64,000 bases of DNA from an uncultured Christensenella sp. (GCA_910577845.1 CAJTNA010000003.1:72229-136228); one strand, 5' to 3'; positions 20,182 to 29,439 are shown, counted from the first letter of the stretch. A program made the numbers and translations. Notes: generated from the letters alone by a model not told the origin.

Positions 20182-20862
20182 ATGAATAAAATTATACAAG
20201 AAACTTTTGAGCAATATAAAATAAATAATGCTAAGCTAATTAGTTATGGTTTTGTACTACAAAATAATATCTATACATACAAAACTCTTATAGTAAACAA
20301 TCAAATGCTACTGACTATTTCAGTTGATGTAAAAGGCAATATTGACACACAAGTATTTGATTTAGAAAGTGAGGAAGTGTACACATTATTTTTAGCGGAA
20401 GGTGCAAGTGGAGTTTTTGTCGGTGAAGTAAAAAATGCTTATCAAAAAGTATTAATTGATATAAGAGAAAAATGCTTTGATAAAACAAATTTTACAAGTA
20501 AATATGCTCTACAAATAATTGATTACATTTATAACAAATTTGGTGACAAGCCAGAATTTTTATGGTCAAAAACACCTCGCAATGCAGTTTTTAGAAGATA
20601 TGATAATAAAAAATGGTATTCTGCTATACTTACAACCAAAGCAAAGTCTATTGGGATTAATTCAGAAAACATTGTTGAACTTATCGACTTGAGAGTGCCA
20701 CTAAATTTACCAAGCCAAATTATAGATTACAAAAACTTTTTCCCAGCATATCATATGAATAAAAATAATTGGATAACTATCAATCTTAGTGATTGCGATT
20801 TTCCTATTGAAAATATATTCACTTTTATAGGTGTAAGCCACGATATAGCTGGTAAAAAATAA
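20182..20862 (+). CDS. MmcQ/YjbR-family protein with extra N-terminal domain
   Basis: 226-aa ORF. The C-terminal half 'KPEFLWSKTPRNAVFRRYDNKKWYSAIL...FPAYHMNKNNWITI' matches the MmcQ/YjbR signature. Confidence 0.7.
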   Translation: MNKIIQETFEQYKINNAKLISYGFVLQNNIYTYKTLIVNNQMLLTISVDVKGNIDTQVFDLESEEVYTLFLAEGASGVFVGEVKNAYQKVLIDIREKCFDKTNFTSKYALQIIDYIYNKFGDKPEFLWSKTPRNAVFRRYDNKKWYSAILTTKAKSIGINSENIVELIDLRVPLNLPSQIIDYKNFFPAYHMNKNNWITINLSDCDFPIENIFTFIGVSHDIAGKK

Positions 20863-20893
20863 TAAAAAGATAAAAATCATACTAAAAAAACAT

Positions 20894-20922
20894 TTGTAAA
20901 ATGATACATTTTATGATAAAAT
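20894..20922 (+). promoter_or_regulatory. sigma-70-type promoter candidate for the DUF1538/PII-like operon
   Basis: TTGTAA (20894-20899), 17-nt spacer, TAAAAT (20917-20922), with a TGn extended -10 (TGA). Confidence 0.45.
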
Positions 20923-20953
20923 AACTTATATACTAAAGAATAAGGAGCAACAA

Positions 20954-22480
20954 ATGTTAAAAGCATTATTACTAAAATTAAAAGAAGCATTAATTTCTGT
21001 ATTGCCTATTGCAGTTATAGTGCTTATAATATCTTTCACACCGCTTGTCAGTCTGTCAACTACCGAAATAGTTGCTTTTGCTGTTTCTGCGGTATTTTTA
21101 ATTTTAGGAATTGGTCTTTTTAATTTAGGTTCAGACTTAGCAATGACACCAATGGGTGAACATATGGGTGCGGGACTTATCAAGTCAAAAAAATTGTTCG
21201 TTTTGATAATGGTCAGTTTTATTATGGGTGTACTTATTACCATTGCAGAGCCTGACTTATCTGTACTTGCGGAACAAGTTAGCACAGTAATTTTTCCTAC
21301 AATATTGATAATGACTGTGGGCTTAGGCGTAGGACTTTTCCTTGTTGTAGCACTGCTTAAAATATTATTCAAGAAAAACTTATCAATGATTTTAATGTTT
21401 TTCTATATGCTACTATTTGCGTTATGTGCGATTCTAATTGAGTGTGGCAAAGCAGATTTCCTTGCCTTGTCTTTTGACTCAGGTGGTGTAACAACAGGAC
21501 CAATCACTGTTCCATTTATAATGGCACTAGGTTTTGGTATTGCAAACACGGTTGGTGGTAGAAATGCAAACGAAAACAGCTTTGGTTTAATTGCTCTATG
21601 CTCTATTGGTCCTATGATAGCTCTTATAATACTTGCATTATTTTCTAATGGTCAAATGGTTTACGAACTTGCTGACTATTCTGTGGAAGCTAGTTTGTCT
21701 AGTTTTGGCAAAATACTTTTAAGCCATTCACTTGACACTTTAAAGGCTTTAAGTTTAATTGTCGTTTTCTTTTTAATATTGCAATTTACAATACTAAAAT
21801 TACCTACAAAAAAATTATTGCAAATAGGTATTGGCATTATATACACTTTCTTCGGACTTACAATTTTCTTTGTAGCCGTATCTGTAGGTTTTATGCCAGT
21901 AGGCTTTAAGATAGGTGAACAACTTGCCAAATTCAACCCTGCCGTTCTTGTTATTGCTGGTATAGTATTAGGTATGGTGGTTGTACTTGCCGAGCCAGCA
22001 GTTCACGTGCTTAACAAACAAGTTGAAGAAGTTACTGGTGGCGGTGTCAAAAAAATTGAGATGTTAATTGCTTTATCTGTTGCTGTTGGTATCTCAATCG
22101 GTCTAGCACTTATACGAATGATATTCAAATTCTCTATACTTTACTACTTGATACCAGGTTATTGCATCTCACTAGGTCTAGCATTTTTCGTGCCAAGAAT
22201 TTATACAGCAATTGCTTTTGACTCTGGTGGAGTTGCCAGCGGTCCACTAACCTCAAGTTTCATATTGCCACTTGCAATTGGTGCTTGTGTAGCAATAAGT
22301 GGTAATCCTCAAAGCGTTCTTACAGATGCTTTTGGTGTAGTTGCAATGGTTGCAATGACACCACTTATCACAATACAAACCTTAGGTTTTAAAGCTATTA
22401 TGTCTGCTAAAGTTCGCAATAAAATAGCTATGAAACGTATTCTGTCAGCAGATGACGAGCAAATTATATACTTTGATTAG
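20954..22480 (+). CDS. internally duplicated DUF1538-family polytopic membrane protein (uncharacterised transporter-like)
   Basis: 508-aa ORF with an AAGGAG RBS and ~12 hydrophobic spans. The motif 'FDSGGVTTGPITVPF' recurs about 250 aa later as 'FDSGGVASGPLTSSF', indicating two homologous halves. Confidence 0.8.
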   Translation: MLKALLLKLKEALISVLPIAVIVLIISFTPLVSLSTTEIVAFAVSAVFLILGIGLFNLGSDLAMTPMGEHMGAGLIKSKKLFVLIMVSFIMGVLITIAEPDLSVLAEQVSTVIFPTILIMTVGLGVGLFLVVALLKILFKKNLSMILMFFYMLLFALCAILIECGKADFLALSFDSGGVTTGPITVPFIMALGFGIANTVGGRNANENSFGLIALCSIGPMIALIILALFSNGQMVYELADYSVEASLSSFGKILLSHSLDTLKALSLIVVFFLILQFTILKLPTKKLLQIGIGIIYTFFGLTIFFVAVSVGFMPVGFKIGEQLAKFNPAVLVIAGIVLGMVVVLAEPAVHVLNKQVEEVTGGGVKKIEMLIALSVAVGISIGLALIRMIFKFSILYYLIPGYCISLGLAFFVPRIYTAIAFDSGGVASGPLTSSFILPLAIGACVAISGNPQSVLTDAFGVVAMVAMTPLITIQTLGFKAIMSAKVRNKIAMKRILSADDEQIIYFD

Positions 22481-22491
22481 GGGGTAGAATT

Positions 22492-23028
22492 ATGCCAAAT
22501 AGATTTACAAACAAATCACAAAAAGAAAAGCCACAAGATGAAAGCAACAATTCCACTGCCAATATCAAAAGGAAAGAAAAAGTTAGCAAAGTTAGTAGTA
22601 ATGCAAAAGTAAAACTTCCACAAAAAACAAAATCAACTGCAAAAAATAAAAATAATCAAAACAAAGTTTCATCTAACAAACTTAAATTACTTTTTACTAT
22701 TGTTGCTCGTAATAAAGCGGAATATTATCTTGATTTAATTCAATCATTTGATGTTAATATGCAAGTTGCAATTCTTGCAAGTGGTATGGCACCAAAAAGT
22801 ATGCTTGAATTACTTGGTCTTGCAAACAATGAAAAAGTAGTAATTGTAAGTGTTATACAAGAAAGTAAAATATCTGATGCATTGGTCGCAATTGAGGAAA
22901 AATTCAACACAATAAAAGACGGAAAAGGTATTGCATTCACAATTCCACTTACAAGCGTAATTGGCACATTAATATACGGCTTTTTAAGCAACAATAAAAT
23001 GGCAGTCAAGGAGGAAAAAACAAAATGA
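22492..23028 (+). CDS. PII-like (GlnB-fold) protein with Lys/Asn/Ser-rich N-terminal extension
   Basis: 178-aa ORF with RBS GGGGG. The first ~60 aa are low complexity. The C-terminal ~110 aa ('LLFTIVARNKAEYYLDLIQ...GKGIAFTIPLTSVIG') resembles the PII-like proteins encoded next to DUF1538 genes. Confidence 0.65.
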   Translation: MPNRFTNKSQKEKPQDESNNSTANIKRKEKVSKVSSNAKVKLPQKTKSTAKNKNNQNKVSSNKLKLLFTIVARNKAEYYLDLIQSFDVNMQVAILASGMAPKSMLELLGLANNEKVVIVSVIQESKISDALVAIEEKFNTIKDGKGIAFTIPLTSVIGTLIYGFLSNNKMAVKEEKTK

Positions 23029-23483
23029 ACAAAACAAAATATGAGTTAGTTTTATGTATAGTCAACGCAGGCTTTTCCGAAATTGTAATGGATGCTGCCA
23101 AGGAAGTTGGAGCTCGTGGTGGTACAGTTATTCACGCACGAGGCACTGCGAACAGAGAGGCGGAACAATTTTTTAACATAACAATTCAACCAGATAAAGA
23201 TGTCGTTATGATTTTAGTCACTGCTGATATAAAAGATGCTGTATTACACGCATTATACCAAGGTGCAGGTTTAAAAACAGCTGGACAAGGTATTGCCTTT
23301 TCTCTACCAGTTGATGATGTGGTAGGTTTATCAAGTTCAACAACTCAAACAGCAAAAGATAGTAAAAACACAAAAGAAAATAAGGATTCTAAAGCAGATA
23401 TTGACAATAAAAATGATAACACAAGTGCAGACAAAACTATTTCTAACCAAGAGGAACAGATTACAGTTGATAACAAATCTTAA
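23025..23483 (+). CDS. PII-like (GlnB-fold) protein with acidic/polar C-terminal tail
   Basis: 152-aa ORF with an ATGA overlap onto the preceding gene and an AAGGAGG RBS. 'YELVLCIVNAGFSEIVMDAAKEVGARGGTVIHARGT...GQGIAFSLPVDDVVGL' looks like a PII-type beta-alpha-beta fold. Confidence 0.7.
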   Translation: MNKTKYELVLCIVNAGFSEIVMDAAKEVGARGGTVIHARGTANREAEQFFNITIQPDKDVVMILVTADIKDAVLHALYQGAGLKTAGQGIAFSLPVDDVVGLSSSTTQTAKDSKNTKENKDSKADIDNKNDNTSADKTISNQEEQITVDNKS

Positions 23484-23646
23484 TTTTGGAGTTATGTAAC
23501 CTAATATTTTAAAAGTTATTTTAATATTATAACTTTAACTATCTATAGAAACACAAGGTTATTAATTTGAAAGTTAACGACTACTATTAAATTATTCACA
23601 AAGCTAGTTTCTTGCAATAAAATACTAACATTTTTAATTTAAATTT

Positions 23647-23680
23647 CAAAAATGCCACACAATTGTGGCATTTTTTATTT
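23647..23680. terminator. bidirectional intrinsic terminator between the PII-like operon and the convergent Sel1 genes
   Basis: ATGCCACA (23652-23659) pairs with TGTGGCAT (23664-23671), flanked by an A-run and a T-run. Confidence 0.7.
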
Positions 23681-23860
23681 TACATATGCAACTTATAATT
23701 TTTATTATAAATCTACTTCACTTATATCTCTATGTGCAACAATTTTTAATTAACCAAGACATACATTTATCAAAATAATTTAAATCATTCATTAAGTTAG
23801 TTATTTAGATTTAAAATAGCTACTGATTATACTAACCAATAGCTATTTATTACTATTCTA

Positions 23861-25438
23861 TTATTTATTTTTCATAAATTTTTTCATCTTATTACTATTA
23901 AGCATAGATTGAGAGAATTCATCACCATTTTTAACTGCAAGCTTATACCATTTAATTGCTTCTCCTAAATCTTTCTTAACACCTTTGCCATATTCATACA
24001 TATAAGCAAGTGATACCATACAATCAATACTGCCCAATTCTGCACCTTTTATATACCATTCAACTGCTTTATTTGTATCTTTTTTAATTCCAGTGCCATG
24101 CCTATAACAGCAACCTACATTGTAAATAGCCATTGTATTATTATACTCTGCAGACTTCAAATACCATTTTAAAGCTTCAGCTTTATCTTTTTTAGTTCCA
24201 ATAGCATTTGCATAGCAATATCCTAAATCAGTATAAGCTTGAGCATTACCTTGATTGGCTGATAATTGCAACCATTTAAAAGCTTCCACTCCATTAATTT
24301 TAACACCATTACCAACCATATATGCCCAACCTAAATGTAGTTGTGCTCTATCATCACCTTGTTCAGCAGATTTTTTATGCCAATAGAAAGCTTTTTCAAC
24401 ATCTTGTAAAACTCCATTTCCTTCTTCATAGCAAATAGCAAGATTATATTGTGCACGCATATCCCCGTGCTTCGCTCCACGCATAAACCATTTAACAGCC
24501 TCACAAATATCTTTCTTAACAACTTTTCCTACTACAAAGCACCAACCATACATATTTTCAGCTGGCGGAAATTCGCATTCAGCTGCTTGTTTATAGTATT
24601 CAACTGCTTTTTCATAATCTTTTGGTAAATTAATTCCATTATCATAATAAAAACCAAGTTGGTACATTGCTTGAGCTTCACCACCATCTGCCGATTTTTG
24701 ATATAATTCAATGGCTTTTTCAATATTTTTGTCTACTCCATCACCATTCTCATAGCATTCACCAAGCTTGAATACAGCAGAATAGTCCCCATTTTCAGCG
24801 GCTTTTTCAAAAAATTCTATTGCTTTCGCAAGATTTTTCTCACCTATTCCATATAAATAACACTCACCAAGTTGATACATTGCAGATACAAAATTTTGTT
24901 CAACAGCCTTTGTAAACCAAAATAATGCTTTATTACCTGCAAGTGGCAAATGAGGATTCATTCTATAATAAAATGCCAATCTATATTGAGCATTTACACA
25001 ATTATGTTCTGCAGATTTTTGAGTCCACTCAAACGATAACTTGTGATTAATTTCTGTTCCAAATCCAAATTCATAACAATATGCTAAATAATATTGAGCA
25101 TTTGCATTACCTTTTTCGGCTGACTTTTTAAAATACTCAAAGGCTAAATCATTATTAACCTCATTAGTCCACCCCTCAAGATAACACAATCCTAAACAAT
25201 ACTCAGCGTGGTCACTACCATATTTTACAGCAATTTCCCAAAGTTTTTTTGCTTTATTAAAATCATTTGTTTCAACTGCATTTGTCGCCAAACTCAAAAG
25301 TTCAAAAGTGCTAAGTCTCTCATATCCTTTTAGTTGAATATCCTCTTTGCAATCTTCACACTCATTGCAAATATTATTTTCTTCTGCCTTGTATGTATAT
25401 TTAATTATTCCATCATCTTCATTAAAATTATTTTCCAT
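23861..25438 (-). CDS. Sel1-like repeat (SLR) protein, no signal peptide
   Basis: About 12 tandem ~36-aa repeats of the form 'A..WY.KSAEQG...AQY.LG.CY..G.GV.KD..KA'. I prefer the ATG at 25438 (RBS AAGAGGA). The track start at 25486 is a TTG without an RBS. Confidence 0.85.
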   Translation of the reverse strand: MENNFNEDDGIIKYTYKAEENNICNECEDCKEDIQLKGYERLSTFELLSLATNAVETNDFNKAKKLWEIAVKYGSDHAEYCLGLCYLEGWTNEVNNDLAFEYFKKSAEKGNANAQYYLAYCYEFGFGTEINHKLSFEWTQKSAEHNCVNAQYRLAFYYRMNPHLPLAGNKALFWFTKAVEQNFVSAMYQLGECYLYGIGEKNLAKAIEFFEKAAENGDYSAVFKLGECYENGDGVDKNIEKAIELYQKSADGGEAQAMYQLGFYYDNGINLPKDYEKAVEYYKQAAECEFPPAENMYGWCFVVGKVVKKDICEAVKWFMRGAKHGDMRAQYNLAICYEEGNGVLQDVEKAFYWHKKSAEQGDDRAQLHLGWAYMVGNGVKINGVEAFKWLQLSANQGNAQAYTDLGYCYANAIGTKKDKAEALKWYLKSAEYNNTMAIYNVGCCYRHGTGIKKDTNKAVEWYIKGAELGSIDCMVSLAYMYEYGKGVKKDLGEAIKWYKLAVKNGDEFSQSMLNSNKMKKFMKNK

Positions 25439-25542
25439 ATTTCCTCTTTTATTTTTATAATAATTAAATAAAGATAAATCGCTCAATTTTTTACTAAATT
25501 TAATTAATTTAATTTTGTCAATTACTATTTATTTTTACAAAA

Positions 25543-26952
25543 CTAACGAAGTTTTTTCAATGCTTTTTTTGCATCTCTATGTCCTTGTTCAGCTGCCCTT
25601 AAAAGCCAATCTTTAGCCTCATCGTAATCCACTTCTACGCCTAACCCATCCATATAGCACAATCCTAAAGAGTATTGTGCCTCCATATCACCTTGTAAAG
25701 CTGACTGCATAAACCAATAATATGCTGCTTTTAGGTTCTCTTCAACGCCAATGCCGTTCATAAAGAAAATTCCAATTTTACATTGTGCATCTGCATCACC
25801 GCCTTGTGCTGATTGATAAAACCAATATGCGGCTTCTTCATCATTCTTTTCCACACCTAAACCTTTATATAAATGTTGAGCTAGATTATATTGTGCTTCT
25901 GGTTGACCATTATCCGCTGCCATACGATAATATTCAATTGCACGCTCATTATCAACTTTAACACCTTTACCAAATGCATATACATTTCCTAAGTTATACA
26001 TTGCGTGTACACTACCAAGTTCAACAGCTTTTTCATACAAACTTATAGCAGTGTTCATATTGCGTTTTACACCTTTGCCTTGCTCATAACAACACCCTAA
26101 ATTACAAAATGCTTGAAAATAGTTATTTCTTGCGGAAAGCTGATACCAACTTATCGCCTCTGCCAAGTTAACTGCTACACCAGTACCATATTCATAACAA
26201 TATCCAACATAACATTGTGCTTTAGCATTATTTTTTTGTGCTGCTGCTTTATACCACTTAAAAGCTTCTATATCGTTTTTTTCTATATACTCACCATTTT
26301 CATAACATTCACCTAAATAAAGCATTGCATCTGTTAGCCCTTGTTCAGCTGACATTCTGTAATAATTAATGGCTTTCTTTTTATCTTCATCAACGCCTAA
26401 ACCTTTAAAATAAGCCATTCCTACATACATTTGACCAGTTGCATCATTTAAATCTGCTGATTTCTTAAACCATTCAAAAGATAATTTATAGTTTTTATTA
26501 TCAATATATTCCTCATTATCGTCAGTGTTTTCATCAGTTAAATCATTAGTTTCACTGTCATCAATAGTATATTTACCTTGTTTAAAAAGCAATCCCATAT
26601 TGTTCATTGCTTGAGTACAATTTTGTTCAGCTGACTTTTCAAACCACTCTACCGCTTTCTCAATATTTTTTTCCACGCCAATTCCGTGCAAAAAACATAA
26701 ACCAGCAAAACATTGTGCATTAGCATCGCCCAATTCTGCGGATTTAATAAAATATTCACTCGCAATAATTCCTCTTTTTTCAGCATCTTTCTCATCAACA
26801 CCCAAGTTATAGTTATAACAAATTCCAAGCATATACAACGCATTGCTGTCATTTTGCAAAGCAGCTTGTTTCCATAATTCCACCGCTTCAGGATAATTTT
26901 TGTTTGCATACAATTGATTTGCCTTTTCGCAAATTTCTTTAACATTCTCCAT
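25543..26952 (-). CDS. Sel1-like repeat (SLR) protein, paralog of the downstream gene, no signal peptide
   Basis: 469-aa ORF with RBS GAAGGTG and the same SLR periodicity. An acidic insert 'DDSETNDLTDENTDDNEEY' interrupts the repeat array. Confidence 0.85.
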   Translation of the reverse strand: MENVKEICEKANQLYANKNYPEAVELWKQAALQNDSNALYMLGICYNYNLGVDEKDAEKRGIIASEYFIKSAELGDANAQCFAGLCFLHGIGVEKNIEKAVEWFEKSAEQNCTQAMNNMGLLFKQGKYTIDDSETNDLTDENTDDNEEYIDNKNYKLSFEWFKKSADLNDATGQMYVGMAYFKGLGVDEDKKKAINYYRMSAEQGLTDAMLYLGECYENGEYIEKNDIEAFKWYKAAAQKNNAKAQCYVGYCYEYGTGVAVNLAEAISWYQLSARNNYFQAFCNLGCCYEQGKGVKRNMNTAISLYEKAVELGSVHAMYNLGNVYAFGKGVKVDNERAIEYYRMAADNGQPEAQYNLAQHLYKGLGVEKNDEEAAYWFYQSAQGGDADAQCKIGIFFMNGIGVEENLKAAYYWFMQSALQGDMEAQYSLGLCYMDGLGVEVDYDEAKDWLLRAAEQGHRDAKKALKKLR

Positions 26953-27469
26953 ATCACACCTTCTTAAAAGTATTTAATTCTATATAAAATCATTTGATTC
27001 CATACTTATTCACGACAATAAATTAAACAACATATTAATAGTTTCAATTATTTTATAATTTTATTATTAGACATATATTTATAATTAGACATAATTAACT
27101 ATAGCCCAATCGTATATAATATAGTCACCAGAACATAAGCATAATTATTTGTGACAACTTTCATTAACATAATACCACTAGTTTTAAAAAAAATCAAGTA
27201 TTTACAAAAAATAAAAACTACACTTTAAAAAAATGCAATCCACTTAAAGCTACAAACATAAACAAAATTAATAACCAACTATTTCACTAGCTACTCCACC
27301 ACAAAAATGTATATAACTCCCAATTTTCCTAAAGATAACTATCAATTAATTTGAAGCAAGTAAATATATACCATTATTACTCTATAATTATACCATAAAT
27401 TGACAAAATTTGTAATAGGCTTTTACGCTTTTGAATATTAATAAGTAATGTTATAAAATTATCTTTAAT

Positions 27470-27498
27470 TTGCCATAGCATTTAATTTATGATATAAT
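27470..27498 (+). promoter_or_regulatory. near-consensus sigma-70 promoter of the Xer-type recombinase gene
   Basis: TTGCCA (27470-27475), 17-nt spacer, TATAAT (27493-27498), with a TGn extended -10 (TGA). Confidence 0.6.
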
Positions 27499-27538
27499 AT
27501 AAAACAAGGTGAGATAATCTTTCTCACCTTGTTTTATA
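27498..27538. repeat. perfect 17-bp inverted repeat with 7-bp spacer (candidate recombinase core site or 5' terminator/attenuator hairpin)
   Basis: TATAAAACAAGGTGAGA (27498-27514), TAATCTT (27515-27521), TCTCACCTTGTTTTATA (27522-27538). It overlaps the -10 box and lies 26 nt upstream of the recombinase ATG. Confidence 0.8.
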
Positions 27539-27563
27539 CAATTTTAACTCAAAGGAGCTACAT

Positions 27564-28451
27564 ATGACAATTATTGAAAATTATATCAACCACTTAAAAG
27601 CTACAAAAAATCTATCTAAAAAAACTTTATATGCCTATTCAATTGACATAAATCAGTTTATCAAATACAATCCAGATTATTTAAACCCAGATATTTGCAA
27701 ATACATAGGATATTTAGCAAATACTATGCAGTTAAAAGACGCTTCTATTAGACGTAAAATTATTAGTTTGCGTGTTTTTTATGAATATCTATTATTTTAT
27801 GAACATATTGACATCTCACCTTTTACAAAACTAAAGTTTAAATTCAAGAAAGAAAAAAATTTGCCAAAAACTTTATCAATTACAGAAATTAAACGTCTGT
27901 TAGAATGTTTCAACACAGACTTATCTCAATTATCACAATTCCAAAAAATACAATTTATTCGTGATTCTGCATTAATTGACTTATTGGTTTCTACTGGCAT
28001 CCGTATTGCAGAAGCTGCTTCAATTACATTTGAGGATATAATACTCCACGAACACACTATTTTAATACACGGCAAAGGACGTAAACAACGATTAATCTAT
28101 ATTTCCTCCCCTATAACTTGGAATAGAATAATTACTTTGCTTAAAATGCAAAAAACTCTTAAAATAACCAATCATCTATTTACAAATCGTTATAATCAAC
28201 CAATGTCCACACAATCAATTGAACAAGTTTATGCAAAATATATAAAAAAAGCTAATATAAACATTAATTCTACACCGCACTATTTAAGACACACATTCGC
28301 AACAAACCTACTCTCGAATGGAGCTGACCTACGTTCTGTTCAAGAAATTTTAGGCCACGCCAGCGTAGCCACAACACAAATTTATACAGAAGTCAGTGCC
28401 CAACGCAAAAAACAAGTACTCAAAAAATTCAATTACCGCAACAAATTATAA
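27564..28451 (+). CDS. tyrosine site-specific recombinase, XerC/XerD-like
   Basis: 295-aa ORF with an AAAGGAG RBS. It has an N-terminal SAM-like core-binding domain, 'ALIDLLVSTGIRIAEA' (Arg I), 'GKGRKQR' and 'RHTFATNLLSNGADLRSVQEILGHASVATTQIYTEV' (H-x-x-R ... H ... Y). Confidence 0.9.
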   Translation: MTIIENYINHLKATKNLSKKTLYAYSIDINQFIKYNPDYLNPDICKYIGYLANTMQLKDASIRRKIISLRVFYEYLLFYEHIDISPFTKLKFKFKKEKNLPKTLSITEIKRLLECFNTDLSQLSQFQKIQFIRDSALIDLLVSTGIRIAEAASITFEDIILHEHTILIHGKGRKQRLIYISSPITWNRIITLLKMQKTLKITNHLFTNRYNQPMSTQSIEQVYAKYIKKANININSTPHYLRHTFATNLLSNGADLRSVQEILGHASVATTQIYTEVSAQRKKQVLKKFNYRNKL

Positions 28452-28880
28452 ACTAAAACGACAATGATAAAATTTTATCTACGGAAATTTACATAATGTT
28501 TTACAACATATTGCAATTAATAACATAAATAATATTTATTATAATAATTTTGTATTAAACATAAATTTATATGACAAAATGCATTGCCAAACATATAATC
28601 AAGACGTATAAAAAAATCGCTGATAAGTTTCCATAAAAACCTTTAAATGATTTTAAAAATAAGTTGCAATCAATTATATTTTATAAAATATTTTGTAATC
28701 ATTATGTGATAGTCAAAATTAAAATTATAACACAATAAAACAAAATATAATTCCCCAAACAAAACGAACCGATAAAAGTTGTCGGTTTGGATATTACTAG
28801 TAACGGATAGAATATAATTTCAACTAAATTTATTCAACTTATGACATATATTTGATATCTTTTAATATAGTTATTCCTTT

Positions 28881-28919
28881 ACAACAAAAGGTCGTATCCT
28901 AAAATTTAGAATACGACCT
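28881..28919 (-). terminator. intrinsic terminator downstream of tRNA-Ser
   Basis: AGGTCGTAT / ATACGACCT 9-bp stem, followed on the minus strand by TTTTGTTGT. Confidence 0.65.
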
Positions 28920-28923
28920 ACAT

Positions 28924-29014
28924 TGGCGGAGAAAGAGGGATTTGAACCCTCGCTACGGTTACCCGTACTACTCCCTTAGCAGGGGAGCCCCTTCGGCCTC
29001 TTGGGTATTTCTCC
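28924..29014 (-). tRNA. tRNA-Ser (anticodon GCU), type II with long variable arm, CCA encoded
   Basis: The reverse complement reads GGAGAAATACCCAAGAGGCCGAAGGGGCTCCCCTGCTAAGGGAGTAGTACGGGTAACCGTAGCGAGGGTTCAAATCCCTCTTTCTCCGCCA. Acceptor stem is GGAGAAA/TTTCTCC. Anticodon arm is CTCCC-CTGCTAA-GGGAG. T-arm is GAGGG-TTCAAAT-CCCTC. Confidence 0.95.
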
Positions 29015-29025
29015 ATTGCTTACTT

Positions 29026-29054
29026 ATAATAACACAATTTATTTGCTTTGTCAA
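29026..29054 (-). promoter_or_regulatory. consensus-like sigma-70 promoter of tRNA-Ser
   Basis: On the minus strand: TTGACA (29054-29049), 17-nt spacer, TATTAT (29031-29026), with a TGn extended -10. It ends about 12 nt upstream of the tRNA 5' end. Confidence 0.65.
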
Positions 29055-29250
29055 AGCATTTTTGCAAATTTTACAATAATTTTTCAAATATCGCTTTTGG
29101 ATTGTTAATTTTATTAATACTTTAATTATATTTTGTTATTTCACTAGCTTTTTTATTCAATGAAAAACTATATGTTTATTAATTGATTTGCAAATTAATG
29201 TCGATTTTTGATGGGGTTTAGAAAATTTTATTAATTATATTGCTTAATTA

Positions 29251-29279
29251 TTGCAATAACTAAAAAAGTGTGTTATACT
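29251..29279 (+). promoter_or_regulatory. sigma-70-type promoter upstream of the small ORF/terminator and ABC-F gene
   Basis: TTGCAA (29251-29256), 17-nt spacer, TATACT (29274-29279), with a TGn extended -10 (TGT). Confidence 0.55.
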
Positions 29280-29353
29280 TTTATTAATCAATAATTTAAA
29301 TATGTAAGCTTTAATGTTTAAAATACATATTGACTTTAAAGTTGAGGTGCGTG

Positions 29354-29398
29354 ATGAAATACTTTTTTGCTAAACTAAATATGAGTATTGCAAGTTAA
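29354..29398 (+). CDS. candidate 14-codon leader peptide ORF (MKYFFAKLNMSIAS)
   Basis: ATG at 29354 preceded by GAGGTG (29344-29349), with a TAA stop at 29396-29398. It is followed by mutually exclusive small hairpins and a strong terminator. It is too short to judge by coding statistics. Confidence 0.3.
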   Translation: MKYFFAKLNMSIAS

Positions 29399-29439
29399 TT
29401 GCATACTCTTGTTATGCAAGAAAGTAATATTTGATAGTT

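Noticed and set aside
20926-21372. 148-aa minus-strand ORF overlapping the start of the DUF1538 gene. The 86-aa ORF 21676..21936 and the 89-aa ORF 22740..23009 are similar.
   Set aside because: They are antisense to well-supported plus-strand genes, have no RBS, and their sequence is low-information (T/S/I/K-rich).
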